Part shown: in pieces, positions 18,297 through 27,575 of the stretch
How positions within the stretch are numbered: position 1 is the stretch's first letter
How the letters are laid out: the number at the start of each line of letters is the position of its first letter
Assembly (NCBI GenBank): GCA_045654585.1
Contig: JAZONS010000005.1
Coordinates: 42,399-106,398, forward strand
Reading direction: 5' to 3'
From: Eubacteriales bacterium
GTDB lineage: Bacteria; Bacillota; Clostridia; Oscillospirales; CAG-272
DNA: 64,000 nucleotides
Notes under the pieces: generated by a model
What the model was told of the DNA's origin: nothing
Seen by the model: only the letters and a program-made list of their open reading frames with translations
Database searches by the model: none
Position numbers and translations under genes: made by a program

Positions 18297-20471
18297 ATGA
18301 AGCTTATCAAGCGTAACGGTTCGGAAGAGATCTTCGACCGTGAAAAAATTGCTTCTGCCATTATGAAGGCAAACGAAGCAGTTGATGAAGATGAACAAAT
18401 TACCAAAGGTAAAATAAATAAAATAGCGGCTCACGTTGAATCAAAATGCGAAAAGCTCGGAAGAGCAGTAAGCGTTGAAGAGGTTCAGGATATGGTTGAG
18501 AACGAGCTTATGCGCTCGGGAGCCTTTATCCTCGCAAGAGCTTACATTACCTACAGATATAAAAGAGCTCTCGTCCGCCGTACGAACACTACCGATGACC
18601 AGATACTTTCTCTTATCGAGTGCAATAACGAGGAAGTAAAGCAGGAGAACTCCAATAAGAACCCGACTGTTAACAGTGTTCAGCGTGACTATATGGCAGG
18701 CGAGATATCCAAGGATATCACGAGAAGAATACTTCTTCCTCAAGATATAGTAAAGGCTCACGAGGAAGGACTTATCCACTTCCACGATTCGGACTATTTC
18801 GCTCAGCATATGCATAACTGCGACCTCGTAAACCTCGAGGATATGCTTCAGAACGGTACGGTTATCAGCGGCACGATGATAGAAAAGCCCCATAGCTTCT
18901 CGACCGCGTGCAATATCGCAACTCAGATCATCGCTCAGGTTGCATCCAACCAGTACGGCGGTCAGTCTATAAGCCTTGCGCACCTTGCGCCCTTCGTTCA
19001 GATCAGCCGCGAGAAGATCAGAGCTACCGTAACGGGCGAGCTTGCTGAGATAGGTGTTAACGACGAGTCGGCTATCAATAAGATCACCGAAGCAAGACTC
19101 CGCGATGAGGTCCGCCGCGGCGTTCAGTGCATTCAGTTTCAGGTAGTAACTCTTCTTACCACGAACGGACAGGCTCCCTTCATCACGATATTTATGTATC
19201 TTGGCGAAGCAAAGAACGAGCAGGAAAAGGCAGACCTTGCGGTCATTATCGAGGAAACTCTTCTTCAGCGCTGCCAAGGCGTTAAGAACGAGAAGGGAAT
19301 TTGGATAACTCCCGCCTTCCCGAAGCTCATCTACGTTCTTGAGGAGCAGAATATACATAACGATTCTCCTTACTATTATCTTACCGAGCTTGCGGCTAAA
19401 TGTACCGCGAAGAGAATGGTACCCGACTATATCTCCGAGAAGATAATGCTTCAGAATAAGGTGGACAGCAACGGCGAGGGTCATTGCTACACCTGTATGG
19501 GTTGCCGCAGCTTCCTCACTCCCTACGTTGACGAGGAGGGAAAACCCAAGTATTACGGACGCTTCAATCAGGGCGTTGTTACGGTTAACCTTGTTGATAT
19601 CGGACTTTCCGCTAAGGGTGATATGGATAAGTTCTGGGAGATCTTTGACGAGCGTATGGAGCTTTGCCACAGAGCGCTTCAGGCACGTCACGAAAGACTT
19701 ACCGGAACGCTCTCCGATGCCGCTCCTATCCTTTGGCAGTACGGCGCACTGACCCGTCTTCCCAAGGGCGAGCCTATCGATAAGTACCTTCACGGCGGTT
19801 ATTCCACTATCTCCCTTGGCTATGCAGGTCTTTGGGAATGCGTAATGTCTCTCTGCGGCAAGAAGCTCACTGAGCCTGAGGGCGAGGAGCTTGGTCTTGT
19901 AATAATGAAGAAGCTTAACGAGTATACCGCAAAGTGGAAGAAGGCGGAGAATATCGACTATTCTCTTTACGGAACGCCCCTTGAGTCCACCACTTATAAG
20001 TTTGCTAAGTGCCTTCAGAAGAGATTCGGTATCGTTCCCGGTGTTACCGACAGAATGTATATCACGAACTCCTATCACGTTCACGTAACAGAGCCTATCG
20101 ACGCGTTTGATAAGCTTACCCTCGAAGCTAAATTCCAGGCTCTCTCGCCCGGAGGAGCTATCAGCTACGTAGAAGTTCCCGATATGCAGAATAATATCGA
20201 GGCTGTTCTTTCGGTTATGAAGTTCATATACGATAATATTATGTATGCTGAGCTCAATACCAAGAGCGACTTCTGCCAGGTCTGCGGCTATGACGGAGAG
20301 ATACAGATAGTTGAGGATGAGGACGGAAAGCTCGTTTGGGAATGCCCGAACTGCAAGAACCGCGATCAGTCCAAGATGAACGTAGCAAGACGTACCTGCG
20401 GTTATATTGGTACTCAGTATTGGAACCAGGGAAGAACGAGCGAAATTCAGGACAGAGTTCTTCATCTTTAA
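18297..20471 (+). CDS. nrdD: Anaerobic ribonucleoside-triphosphate reductase
   Basis: ORF track, 724 aa. N-terminal ATP-cone (MKLIKRNGSEEIFDREKI). C-terminal Zn ribbon CQVCGY...CPNCKN and glycyl-radical RTCGYIG. Confidence 0.95.
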   Translation: MKLIKRNGSEEIFDREKIASAIMKANEAVDEDEQITKGKINKIAAHVESKCEKLGRAVSVEEVQDMVENELMRSGAFILARAYITYRYKRALVRRTNTTDDQILSLIECNNEEVKQENSNKNPTVNSVQRDYMAGEISKDITRRILLPQDIVKAHEEGLIHFHDSDYFAQHMHNCDLVNLEDMLQNGTVISGTMIEKPHSFSTACNIATQIIAQVASNQYGGQSISLAHLAPFVQISREKIRATVTGELAEIGVNDESAINKITEARLRDEVRRGVQCIQFQVVTLLTTNGQAPFITIFMYLGEAKNEQEKADLAVIIEETLLQRCQGVKNEKGIWITPAFPKLIYVLEEQNIHNDSPYYYLTELAAKCTAKRMVPDYISEKIMLQNKVDSNGEGHCYTCMGCRSFLTPYVDEEGKPKYYGRFNQGVVTVNLVDIGLSAKGDMDKFWEIFDERMELCHRALQARHERLTGTLSDAAPILWQYGALTRLPKGEPIDKYLHGGYSTISLGYAGLWECVMSLCGKKLTEPEGEELGLVIMKKLNEYTAKWKKAENIDYSLYGTPLESTTYKFAKCLQKRFGIVPGVTDRMYITNSYHVHVTEPIDAFDKLTLEAKFQALSPGGAISYVEVPDMQNNIEAVLSVMKFIYDNIMYAELNTKSDFCQVCGYDGEIQIVEDEDGKLVWECPNCKNRDQSKMNVARRTCGYIGTQYWNQGRTSEIQDRVLHL

Positions 20472-20484
20472 TCAAAAATAAAAA

Positions 20485-20527
20485 ACGGTTGGCTCAGGTT
20501 AAAGACCTCGGCTGACCGTTTTTATTT
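20485..20527 (+). terminator. Intrinsic terminator after nrdD
   Basis: 15-bp stem, 20485-20499 pairing with 20505-20519 (1 mismatch, 3 G-U), followed by TTTTATTTG. Confidence 0.6.
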
Positions 20528-20642
20528 GCGATTTGTCAATTATATGCTTAAAAATATCGATATTTTTATCTATCAAGACGTCAGCCTTGACTAAAAAAAC
20601 TATTAATGCTATACTTATAAAAAACAATTATGGAGAAATATT

Positions 20643-23102
20643 ATGCTCGAAAAGCACTTGATAGTAAAAACATATCCAAAAGCAAACGAAAAGAATATCG
20701 TTCTTTTCGGAGAATATAGAGTAACGGTCTTGTTCGATCGTCTTTTTAGAATAGAGAAGAATAAAAAGGGAGACTTCCTTGACGATGCCACTCAAAGCAT
20801 TTGGTACAGAAATATGCCGGAGGTCGAATTTGAGATTAAAACCGCTTCGTCTTATATCGAGATATCAACTGCGGCAGTCACTCTTCACCTTGCAAAAGCG
20901 TTTGAGAAAAGCTATATTCTTATTGACGGCAGACGTCAGCCTATAAATAACGACGGCAACCTTCTCGGTACGACGAGAACTCTTGACTGCTATGACGGAG
21001 AAGTGTGCATAAGAGATAACTCGAAAATCAAGCTTGGTACGGGTGTTTGTTCGCGTACGGGAGTGGCTGTGGTTGATGATACCGAGTCGCTTCGCCTGCT
21101 TGAGTCGGGAAAGCTTGAAACAAAGTCCTCCAACGAGTTTGATATCTACGTTTTCGCGTTTGGAAATAAGTACAGAGAAGCAGTAAAGGCGCTCTTTGCC
21201 ATTACGGGAAACGCTCCGCTTCTGCCGAGATTTGCATTCGGTAACTGGTGGTCGAGATACCATGCGTATACCGATGAAGAGTATATTCACGTAATGGATG
21301 AATTTGAAAAATACGGTATTCCTCTGACCGTTGCTACGGTTGATATGGATTGGCACTACTCGAACGACCTTGACGAGCAGAAGGGAATTACTGCCTCGGG
21401 CAAAATCGGAGATGCCGAGCGAGGCACTTTTGCTGATAAAAACTGGAAAATAGGCTGGACGGGATACTCCTGGAATCAGAAGCTTTTCCCCGATTATAAA
21501 GCATTCTTAAAGGCTCTTCAGGATAGAAACCTTAAGGTAACTCTTAATCTTCATCCTGCTGACGGCGTGCGCTATTTCGAGGATATGTACGACGAGATGG
21601 CAAAGGCTATGGGTGTTGACCCGAAGAGCGAGAAGCAGATAAAGTTCGATATTGCCGACGATAATTTCGTAAATAATTACTTCAAAATACTTCATCACCC
21701 CTATGAGCGTGACGGCGTTGATTTCTGGTGGATAGATTGGCAGCAGGGAACGAACTCCGCGCTTGCGGGACTTGATCCTCTCTGGGCGCTTAACCATTAT
21801 CACTTCCTTGATAACGGACGCGACGGAAAGCACGCGCTTCTTATGTCCAGATATGCGGGTATCGGCTCGCATAGATATCCTATGGGCTTCTCGGGAGATA
21901 CTGTTATCTCCTGGGCGACGCTCTCATACCTTCCTTACTTCACCGCAACCTCAAGCAATATAGGCTATACGTGGTGGGGTCACGATTTCGGCGGTCATTT
22001 TAAGGGCGTTAAGGATAACGAGCTTTACTTAAGATTTATGCAGTTTGCAGTATTCAACCCTATAATGAGAATGCATTGCACGGATAGCCTGGTTCTTACC
22101 CAGGAGCCTTGGGCATATGAAAACGGTACCGCAGAGCTTGTAAGAGAAGCGCTTAGACTCCGTCACAGAATGATACCCTTCCTGCATAGCGCAAACAACC
22201 GTACTCACTCCGACGGTTTTGGACTTATGGAGCCTATGTATTATGAGTATCCCGAGTATGAGGATAGCTATCGTGCTAAGGATCAGTATATCTTCGGCGG
22301 CGAGCTTATCTCAGCTCCCATTACCGAGCATAGCGAGCATCTCGGGCTTACGAGAAAGCAGGTATGGCTTCCCGAGGGCAGCTTCACCGATATCTTCACC
22401 GGCGACGTATATAACGTCTGTGAGGGTGATAGGTGGATAACCATGGTAAGACCGTTAAACAGCATTCCCGTTCTCGCAAAGTCGGGCGCTGTCATTCCGC
22501 TTTCCAATGACAGTTCAAACAGCACGGAAAACCCGAAATCGCTTGAGGCTCTTGTATTCTCGGGTAATAACACCTATAAGCTCTACGAGGATAACGAGAT
22601 TGGAGTCTCGGCTTATACTGTTTTTGAAAATGCAACGCAGGACGGTAAGCAGACTGTGAAGCTTAGTTTTGAAGGAAAAACCGAGGTTCTTCCCGAGGGG
22701 CGCGACATAACTCTGACCTTTAAAAACATAGTTGTAAACACTGCGGTGGATGCAAATATAGGGCTTGAGGATAAGCCGTATGCAAATATCAGCGTTATGA
22801 AAAACGGTGAACCCATAGACTTCAAGGCATCAAAATATGGCACTGTCAGCGTAACTGTATCAAATATAGATTATACTGCCGAGTACGAGATATCGGTAAA
22901 GCATAGCGTCTTATCCGAGCTTTCGCAAAGAAAGCGTGAGGTGCTTCTGAAGCTTCAGCGCGCTGAGGGAGCATTCTCGGTAAGAAGTGCGCTCTGCAAA
23001 AAGATAAAGGATGCGCCAAGCATCGAAAAGCTCAGAGGTGCGATTATGACGTCGGATCTTTCGGTAATAGACAGAATAAGACTTTCAGAAACGCTTCTTT
23101 AA
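20643..23102 (+). CDS. Glycoside hydrolase family 31 protein
   Basis: ORF track, 819 aa. GNWWSRY, VATVDMDWHY, FWWIDWQQG and GHDFGGH blocks typical of GH31. Confidence 0.75.
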   Translation: MLEKHLIVKTYPKANEKNIVLFGEYRVTVLFDRLFRIEKNKKGDFLDDATQSIWYRNMPEVEFEIKTASSYIEISTAAVTLHLAKAFEKSYILIDGRRQPINNDGNLLGTTRTLDCYDGEVCIRDNSKIKLGTGVCSRTGVAVVDDTESLRLLESGKLETKSSNEFDIYVFAFGNKYREAVKALFAITGNAPLLPRFAFGNWWSRYHAYTDEEYIHVMDEFEKYGIPLTVATVDMDWHYSNDLDEQKGITASGKIGDAERGTFADKNWKIGWTGYSWNQKLFPDYKAFLKALQDRNLKVTLNLHPADGVRYFEDMYDEMAKAMGVDPKSEKQIKFDIADDNFVNNYFKILHHPYERDGVDFWWIDWQQGTNSALAGLDPLWALNHYHFLDNGRDGKHALLMSRYAGIGSHRYPMGFSGDTVISWATLSYLPYFTATSSNIGYTWWGHDFGGHFKGVKDNELYLRFMQFAVFNPIMRMHCTDSLVLTQEPWAYENGTAELVREALRLRHRMIPFLHSANNRTHSDGFGLMEPMYYEYPEYEDSYRAKDQYIFGGELISAPITEHSEHLGLTRKQVWLPEGSFTDIFTGDVYNVCEGDRWITMVRPLNSIPVLAKSGAVIPLSNDSSNSTENPKSLEALVFSGNNTYKLYEDNEIGVSAYTVFENATQDGKQTVKLSFEGKTEVLPEGRDITLTFKNIVVNTAVDANIGLEDKPYANISVMKNGEPIDFKASKYGTVSVTVSNIDYTAEYEISVKHSVLSELSQRKREVLLKLQRAEGAFSVRSALCKKIKDAPSIEKLRGAIMTSDLSVIDRIRLSETLL

Positions 23103-23141
23103 TTAATAATCGACGTTGTGTCGCTTGAAAATAAATATCAT

Positions 23142-23180
23142 GGGGCTGTCGGCTAAACCGTAAAACAGCCCCTTTTTTGT
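23142..23180 (+). terminator. Intrinsic terminator
   Basis: GGGGCTGT (23142-23149) pairs with ACAGCCCC (23165-23172), followed by TTTTTT. Confidence 0.65.
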
Positions 23181-23220
23181 TTAAACGCCTGATTTTTATA
23201 AAAATAAATCATATAATATG

Positions 23221-23249
23221 TTGACAAAAAAGACATAAAGTGTTATAAC
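23221..23249 (+). promoter_or_regulatory. Promoter of MATE gene 1
   Basis: TTGACA, 17-nt spacer, TGtTATAAC. Same layout as 24781-24809. Confidence 0.5.
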
Positions 23250-23285
23250 TTACATAGCGGCAAATTACCGCTACGGAGAAATAAC

Positions 23286-24686
23286 ATGAATTCGAAGTTG
23301 AAAGTGAAAAAGAACTTCACTGAGGGACCGATATTCTTCAGGATAACCCTTTTTGCCCTTCCGATAATGCTCACCGGTATACTGCAGGTATGCTACGGTA
23401 TGGCAGATAACATAGTGGTAGGACGCTTTTCGGGAGATCCGATGGCGCTCCCCGCAGTAGGAAGTACAGGAACTCTCGTAAATTTAATACTTAATCTTTT
23501 GCTGGGCTGCGCCGCGGGAACGAGCGTAGTTGTTGCTCAACTTTACGGAGCGGGGCAGAATAAGCGGGTTGAGCGGACGGTGCATACCGCGCTGACGTTC
23601 TCCTTATTTTCAGGACTCTTTATGGCGCTCCTCGGACTTCTTATCTCAAGACCGATGCTTACTCTTATGGGAACAAAGCTCGAGATACTCGATAAGGCGG
23701 TTCTTTATTTCCGTATAATCTGCGCAGGCATTCCCGCATCTGCCGTATATAATTTCGGCGCGGCAGTTCTTAGATCGGTGGGAGATTCGAAGAAGCCTCT
23801 TATAATCCTCTCATCAACGGGAATTATAAACGTAGCGCTGAACCTCTTCTTCGTTATATTCTGTCATATGACGGTCGAGGGCGTTGCGCTTGCTACCATA
23901 ATTTCTCAGTATGCTTCGGCTGCTTGGGTAATTCTTGCGCTCGCAAGATATGATGGGCGCGGCGAGTGCTACGGATTTTCATTCCGCAAGCTCTGCTTTG
24001 ATTTCGCTCTTATCAAGCGTATACTCAGATACGGTATTCCTACGGGACTTCAGTCGGCGATGTTCAGCGTGTCGAATATGCTACTCCAGAGCGCGGTAAA
24101 CACCTTCCCGACGACGACCGTTGCGGCAAATACCATAGCGGGAAATATCGATTCGCTGACGTATACGGCTATCAATAGCTTCTCGCAGGCTGCAATGACC
24201 TTCACGGGTCAGAACTACGGCGCGGGAAAGGTAGAGAGAATAAAAAAGGTAATGTTATTTACCGTATTGCAGACCGTTATCGTAGGTGTGCTTATCGGGC
24301 AGATAGAGCTTATTTTCGGTGAGCCGCTCGCGATGCTTTATATAGACCCATCAGATCCGAATAAATCTATTATTCTTGATACGACTATAGAAATAATAAC
24401 TCTCCTTCTTTCCACGTATTTCATATGCGGAGTAATGGACTGTATGTCGGGTGCGCTTCGCGGTATGGGATACTCGATACTTCCGATGCTCATAAGCCTC
24501 AGCAGCATATGCGGACTCAGAATATTGTGGGTATTCCTCATATTCCCGCTTGAGAAGATGAACAACGTTGTAGGCCTTTTCACCTGCTATCCGGTAACGT
24601 GGGGCACGGCGTCGGTGTTCTTTATTCTGTTTGCTGTATTTGCATACAGAAAGCTTAAGAAAAATTTAAGAAAGAGCACGGATTAA
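23286..24686 (+). CDS. MATE family efflux transporter
   Basis: ORF track, 466 aa, 12 TM segments. N-terminal FTEGPIFFRITLFALPIMLTGILQ MATE pattern. Confidence 0.85.
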   Translation: MNSKLKVKKNFTEGPIFFRITLFALPIMLTGILQVCYGMADNIVVGRFSGDPMALPAVGSTGTLVNLILNLLLGCAAGTSVVVAQLYGAGQNKRVERTVHTALTFSLFSGLFMALLGLLISRPMLTLMGTKLEILDKAVLYFRIICAGIPASAVYNFGAAVLRSVGDSKKPLIILSSTGIINVALNLFFVIFCHMTVEGVALATIISQYASAAWVILALARYDGRGECYGFSFRKLCFDFALIKRILRYGIPTGLQSAMFSVSNMLLQSAVNTFPTTTVAANTIAGNIDSLTYTAINSFSQAAMTFTGQNYGAGKVERIKKVMLFTVLQTVIVGVLIGQIELIFGEPLAMLYIDPSDPNKSIILDTTIEIITLLLSTYFICGVMDCMSGALRGMGYSILPMLISLSSICGLRILWVFLIFPLEKMNNVVGLFTCYPVTWGTASVFFILFAVFAYRKLKKNLRKSTD

Positions 24687-24780
24687 AATTAAATATAAAA
24701 AGCCATATACAAAGAGGATTATCTATATACCTTGATGATTATGGCTTTTTATTTTTTTGGGAATAAGGGAGTTCAAAAGG

Positions 24781-24809
24781 TTGACAAAACGCCCCAAAAA
24801 TGGTATAAC
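24781..24809 (+). promoter_or_regulatory. Promoter of MATE gene 2
   Basis: TTGACA, 17-nt spacer, TGgTATAAC, then ATACATAGCG as in the paralogue. Confidence 0.5.
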
Positions 24810-24846
24810 ATACATAGCGCAGAAATTCGGCGCAAGGGAGAGAAAA

Positions 24847-26256
24847 ATGAATCATAAATTAAAGTTTTCAAAAAACTTTACCGAAGGACCTCTGTTCTTC
24901 AGAATAACGATTTTTGCTCTTCCGATAATGCTCACGGGCATATTGCAGATAGCGTACAATATGGCGGATAATATCGTTGTCGGTCAGTTTTCGGGAGATC
25001 CAACGGCGCTCGCTGCAGTCGGAAGTACGGGAAGTCTTAATAATCTTATTATTAACCTGCTTTTAGGTATAGGCGCGGGAACGGGTGTGGTCGTCTCGCA
25101 GTTTTACGGCGCGGGGGATGCGGAAAAGGTCTCGCGAAGCGTTCATACCGCGATGCTTTTCTCGCTTATCGGCGGTTTTATGATGGGAAGTATCGGCTTT
25201 GCTATATCAAGACCTGCACTTGCCCTTCTCGGAACAAAGCCCGAGGTCATCGATTCCGCAACCCTTTACCTCAGAATAATCTGTGTCGGTATTCCCGCAA
25301 ACTCGGTATATAATTTCGGTGCCGCTATAATGCGCGGAACGGGAAATTCAAAGATACCGCTTTTCATTCTCGGCAGTGCGGGAATTTGCAACGTTTTACT
25401 TAATCTTTTCTTAGTTATAGTATGCGGTATGTCCGTTGCGGGCGTTGCTATCGCAACGGTCGTTTCTCAGTATCTCTCCGCCGCGGCGATCATAATTATC
25501 CTGATTTTGAAAAAGGATCAGCCGTACGGTCTTTTATTGTCAAAGCTTCGTATCACAAAGCCGTATCTGTTGAGAATACTTCGCTTTGGAATTCCCGCAG
25601 GTCTGTCAAGCTCGATGTTTGCCGTAGCAAACGTTATAATGACGGGCGCGGTGAACAGCTTCCCGACAACGACGGTAACGGCAAACACCATAGCGAGCAA
25701 TATCGACGCTCTTACTCTTACCTCTATGAGCTGCTTCGGTCAGGCATCAATGACCTTCAGCGGTCAGAACTGCGGCGCGAAGAAGCCCGAGCGTATCAAA
25801 AAATCTGTTTTTTACTGCGGTATTCAGGTATTTACCGTGGGCGTTGTCGTTTCAATGCTTGAGCTCATATTTGCCCGAAATCTTATCGGGCTCTACCTTG
25901 ATAAGTCGATGGAGAATGCCGCTACGGTTGAGGATACTGCCGTAACTATTATGACATTAATGCTCTCGACCTACGTGCTTTGCGGTCTGCTCGACGTTGT
26001 ATCGGGCGGTATCAAGGGACTCGGCTATACTATGACGGCAATGGTCATAAATATGGTATTTATATGTATTTTCCGTATGATATGGATACTTGGTATATTC
26101 CCGAGTATCGGAACGGTCGTCGGTCTTTTCCTTGCGTATCCGATAAGCTGGATGCTCGCGTTCACAACGGCTATCATATCACTTATTGTAGTCTACCGTA
26201 AATTCAAGCGCAACCTTGACACGGTGGAGCTGCCAATTGAGGAAAATAAAGTTTAA
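24847..26256 (+). CDS. MATE family efflux transporter (tandem paralogue)
   Basis: ORF track 24757..26256. Start moved to MNHKLKF (24847, GGGAGAG upstream). Collinear with the preceding protein. Confidence 0.85.
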   Translation: MNHKLKFSKNFTEGPLFFRITIFALPIMLTGILQIAYNMADNIVVGQFSGDPTALAAVGSTGSLNNLIINLLLGIGAGTGVVVSQFYGAGDAEKVSRSVHTAMLFSLIGGFMMGSIGFAISRPALALLGTKPEVIDSATLYLRIICVGIPANSVYNFGAAIMRGTGNSKIPLFILGSAGICNVLLNLFLVIVCGMSVAGVAIATVVSQYLSAAAIIIILILKKDQPYGLLLSKLRITKPYLLRILRFGIPAGLSSSMFAVANVIMTGAVNSFPTTTVTANTIASNIDALTLTSMSCFGQASMTFSGQNCGAKKPERIKKSVFYCGIQVFTVGVVVSMLELIFARNLIGLYLDKSMENAATVEDTAVTIMTLMLSTYVLCGLLDVVSGGIKGLGYTMTAMVINMVFICIFRMIWILGIFPSIGTVVGLFLAYPISWMLAFTTAIISLIVVYRKFKRNLDTVELPIEENKV

Positions 26257-26280
26257 AATAAATTCATGGGGAGGTCCTTT

Positions 26281-27276
26281 GTGGGACTTAAAATAGGAAA
26301 TGTGGCTCTGCGCCACGGGCTTTTTCTCGCGCCTATGGCAGGATATACCGATAGGGCGATGAGGGTAGTATCGCGTGTGTGCGGCGCAGAATTTTCAACT
26401 ACCGAGATGGTCAGCGCAAAGGCTGTCGTTTACGGTGATAAAAAGACGCAAAAGCTCGCACGGATAGCATCAGACGAAGGCTTTGCGGCGCTTCAGATAT
26501 TCGGCTCCGAGCCCGCAATTATGGCAGAGGCGGCAGCCTCGCTTCAAACGGGGTACGCGGAGGACGGCTACGTCCCGCCACTTGCGATAGATATAAATAT
26601 GGGCTGCCCCGTAAATAAGGTCTTCGGTAACGGAGAGGGCAGCGCCCTTATGAAAAATCCAAACCTTATCTACGATATCGTAGCTGCGGTGAGAAGAGCT
26701 ATCTCTATTCCCGTAACCGTTAAAATTCGCTCCGGCGTTGACTCGGCGCATATAAATGCCGTTGAGTGCGCGCTTGCGGCAGAGGAGGCGGGAGCGAGCC
26801 TTGTATGCGTTCACGGAAGAACGAGAGCCCAGCTCTATGGCGGTATAGCGGATAGGGAAATTATTAAAAATGTAAAGTCAGCTTTGCATATACCCGTTAT
26901 TGCCAATGGAGATATAGTAGATTCGGAATCAGCGCTCGCTATGCTCAGGGATACGGGAGCGGACGGAATTTCAATCGGCAGAGGCGCTGTTGGCAATCCG
27001 TTTATTTTCGGTGAGATAACGGCGGCGCTCGAGGGGAAGGAATACACCGCGCCGACTCTTGAGGAGAAAAAGCATATGGCGCTCGAGGAGCTGCGACTTG
27101 CCGTTCTCGATAAGGGAGAGGCGTTTGCCATTCCCGAGGCAAGAAAGAAGATAGCTCTCTACTTCAAGGGCTTCAGAGGCTCGGCGGCGCTTAGGGGCGG
27201 AATAAATACTGCCGTGACATATTCCGAGGTCGAGAGGCTTATTTCATCAATTTCGGACAGTAACTGTGAAGAATAG
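26281..27276 (+). CDS. dusB: tRNA-dihydrouridine synthase
   Basis: ORF track 26266..27276. GTG 26281 has GGGAGG 6 nt upstream; ATG 26266 is the alternative start. LAPMAGYTD and IDINMGCP motifs. Confidence 0.8.
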   Translation: MGLKIGNVALRHGLFLAPMAGYTDRAMRVVSRVCGAEFSTTEMVSAKAVVYGDKKTQKLARIASDEGFAALQIFGSEPAIMAEAAASLQTGYAEDGYVPPLAIDINMGCPVNKVFGNGEGSALMKNPNLIYDIVAAVRRAISIPVTVKIRSGVDSAHINAVECALAAEEAGASLVCVHGRTRAQLYGGIADREIIKNVKSALHIPVIANGDIVDSESALAMLRDTGADGISIGRGAVGNPFIFGEITAALEGKEYTAPTLEEKKHMALEELRLAVLDKGEAFAIPEARKKIALYFKGFRGSAALRGGINTAVTYSEVERLISSISDSNCEE

Positions 27277-27375
27277 TATAATATAATGGGGCTGGCGCAT
27301 TTAGGCGCAACCGAAAATGACAAAAAAACGACATAAAGAAGCTCTAAAATCAACAAATGAGCTAAGAATATGTGT

Positions 27376-27510
27376 TATAAGGTTGAAATTCTACGAATTT
27401 CTCCATCAAATTAAAGTCATTTTCTATTCGCGTTTCCCTCCCTCGACGTATTTATATACGCCTCACAGGTGGGAGAACGCAAATTTTCGCTCTAAATCCC
27501 CCTAGCCCCT
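27376..27510 (+). repeat. Copy of the modular intergenic repeat family
   Basis: Shares CTACGAATT (27391-27399), an AAATTAAAGTC block and GCGTTTCC (27430-27437) with the 17.8-kb and 57.8-kb loci. Internally an imperfect palindrome. Confidence 0.5.
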
Positions 27511-27520
27511 TAGCGCATTC

Positions 27521-27558
27521 GAGGGTAGCTAAAGTTTTGTACAACTTGAGCTACCCTC
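27521..27558 (+). promoter_or_regulatory. Long hairpin abutting the RBS of MATE gene 3
   Basis: GAGGGTAGCT (27521-27530) pairs with AGCTACCCTC (27549-27558), plus an inner AAGTT/AACTT pairing. It ends 3 nt before AGGAG. No U-tract on either strand. Confidence 0.35.
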
Positions 27559-27575
27559 ATTAGGAGTAAAAATAA

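Noticed and set aside
18441-20465. Very long antisense ORFs opposite real genes. These include 674 aa opposite nrdD, plus 13330..14277, 15514..16686, 30711..31526, 40519..41430, 44973..46034 and 46059..46847.
   Set aside because: They mirror strongly motif-supported genes on the other strand. Their composition is low-complexity and Ser/Leu/Arg-rich, and they lack RBS and promoter signals. The sense genes avoid TTA/CTA/TCA codons, which removes stops from the antisense frame. These are shadow ORFs.
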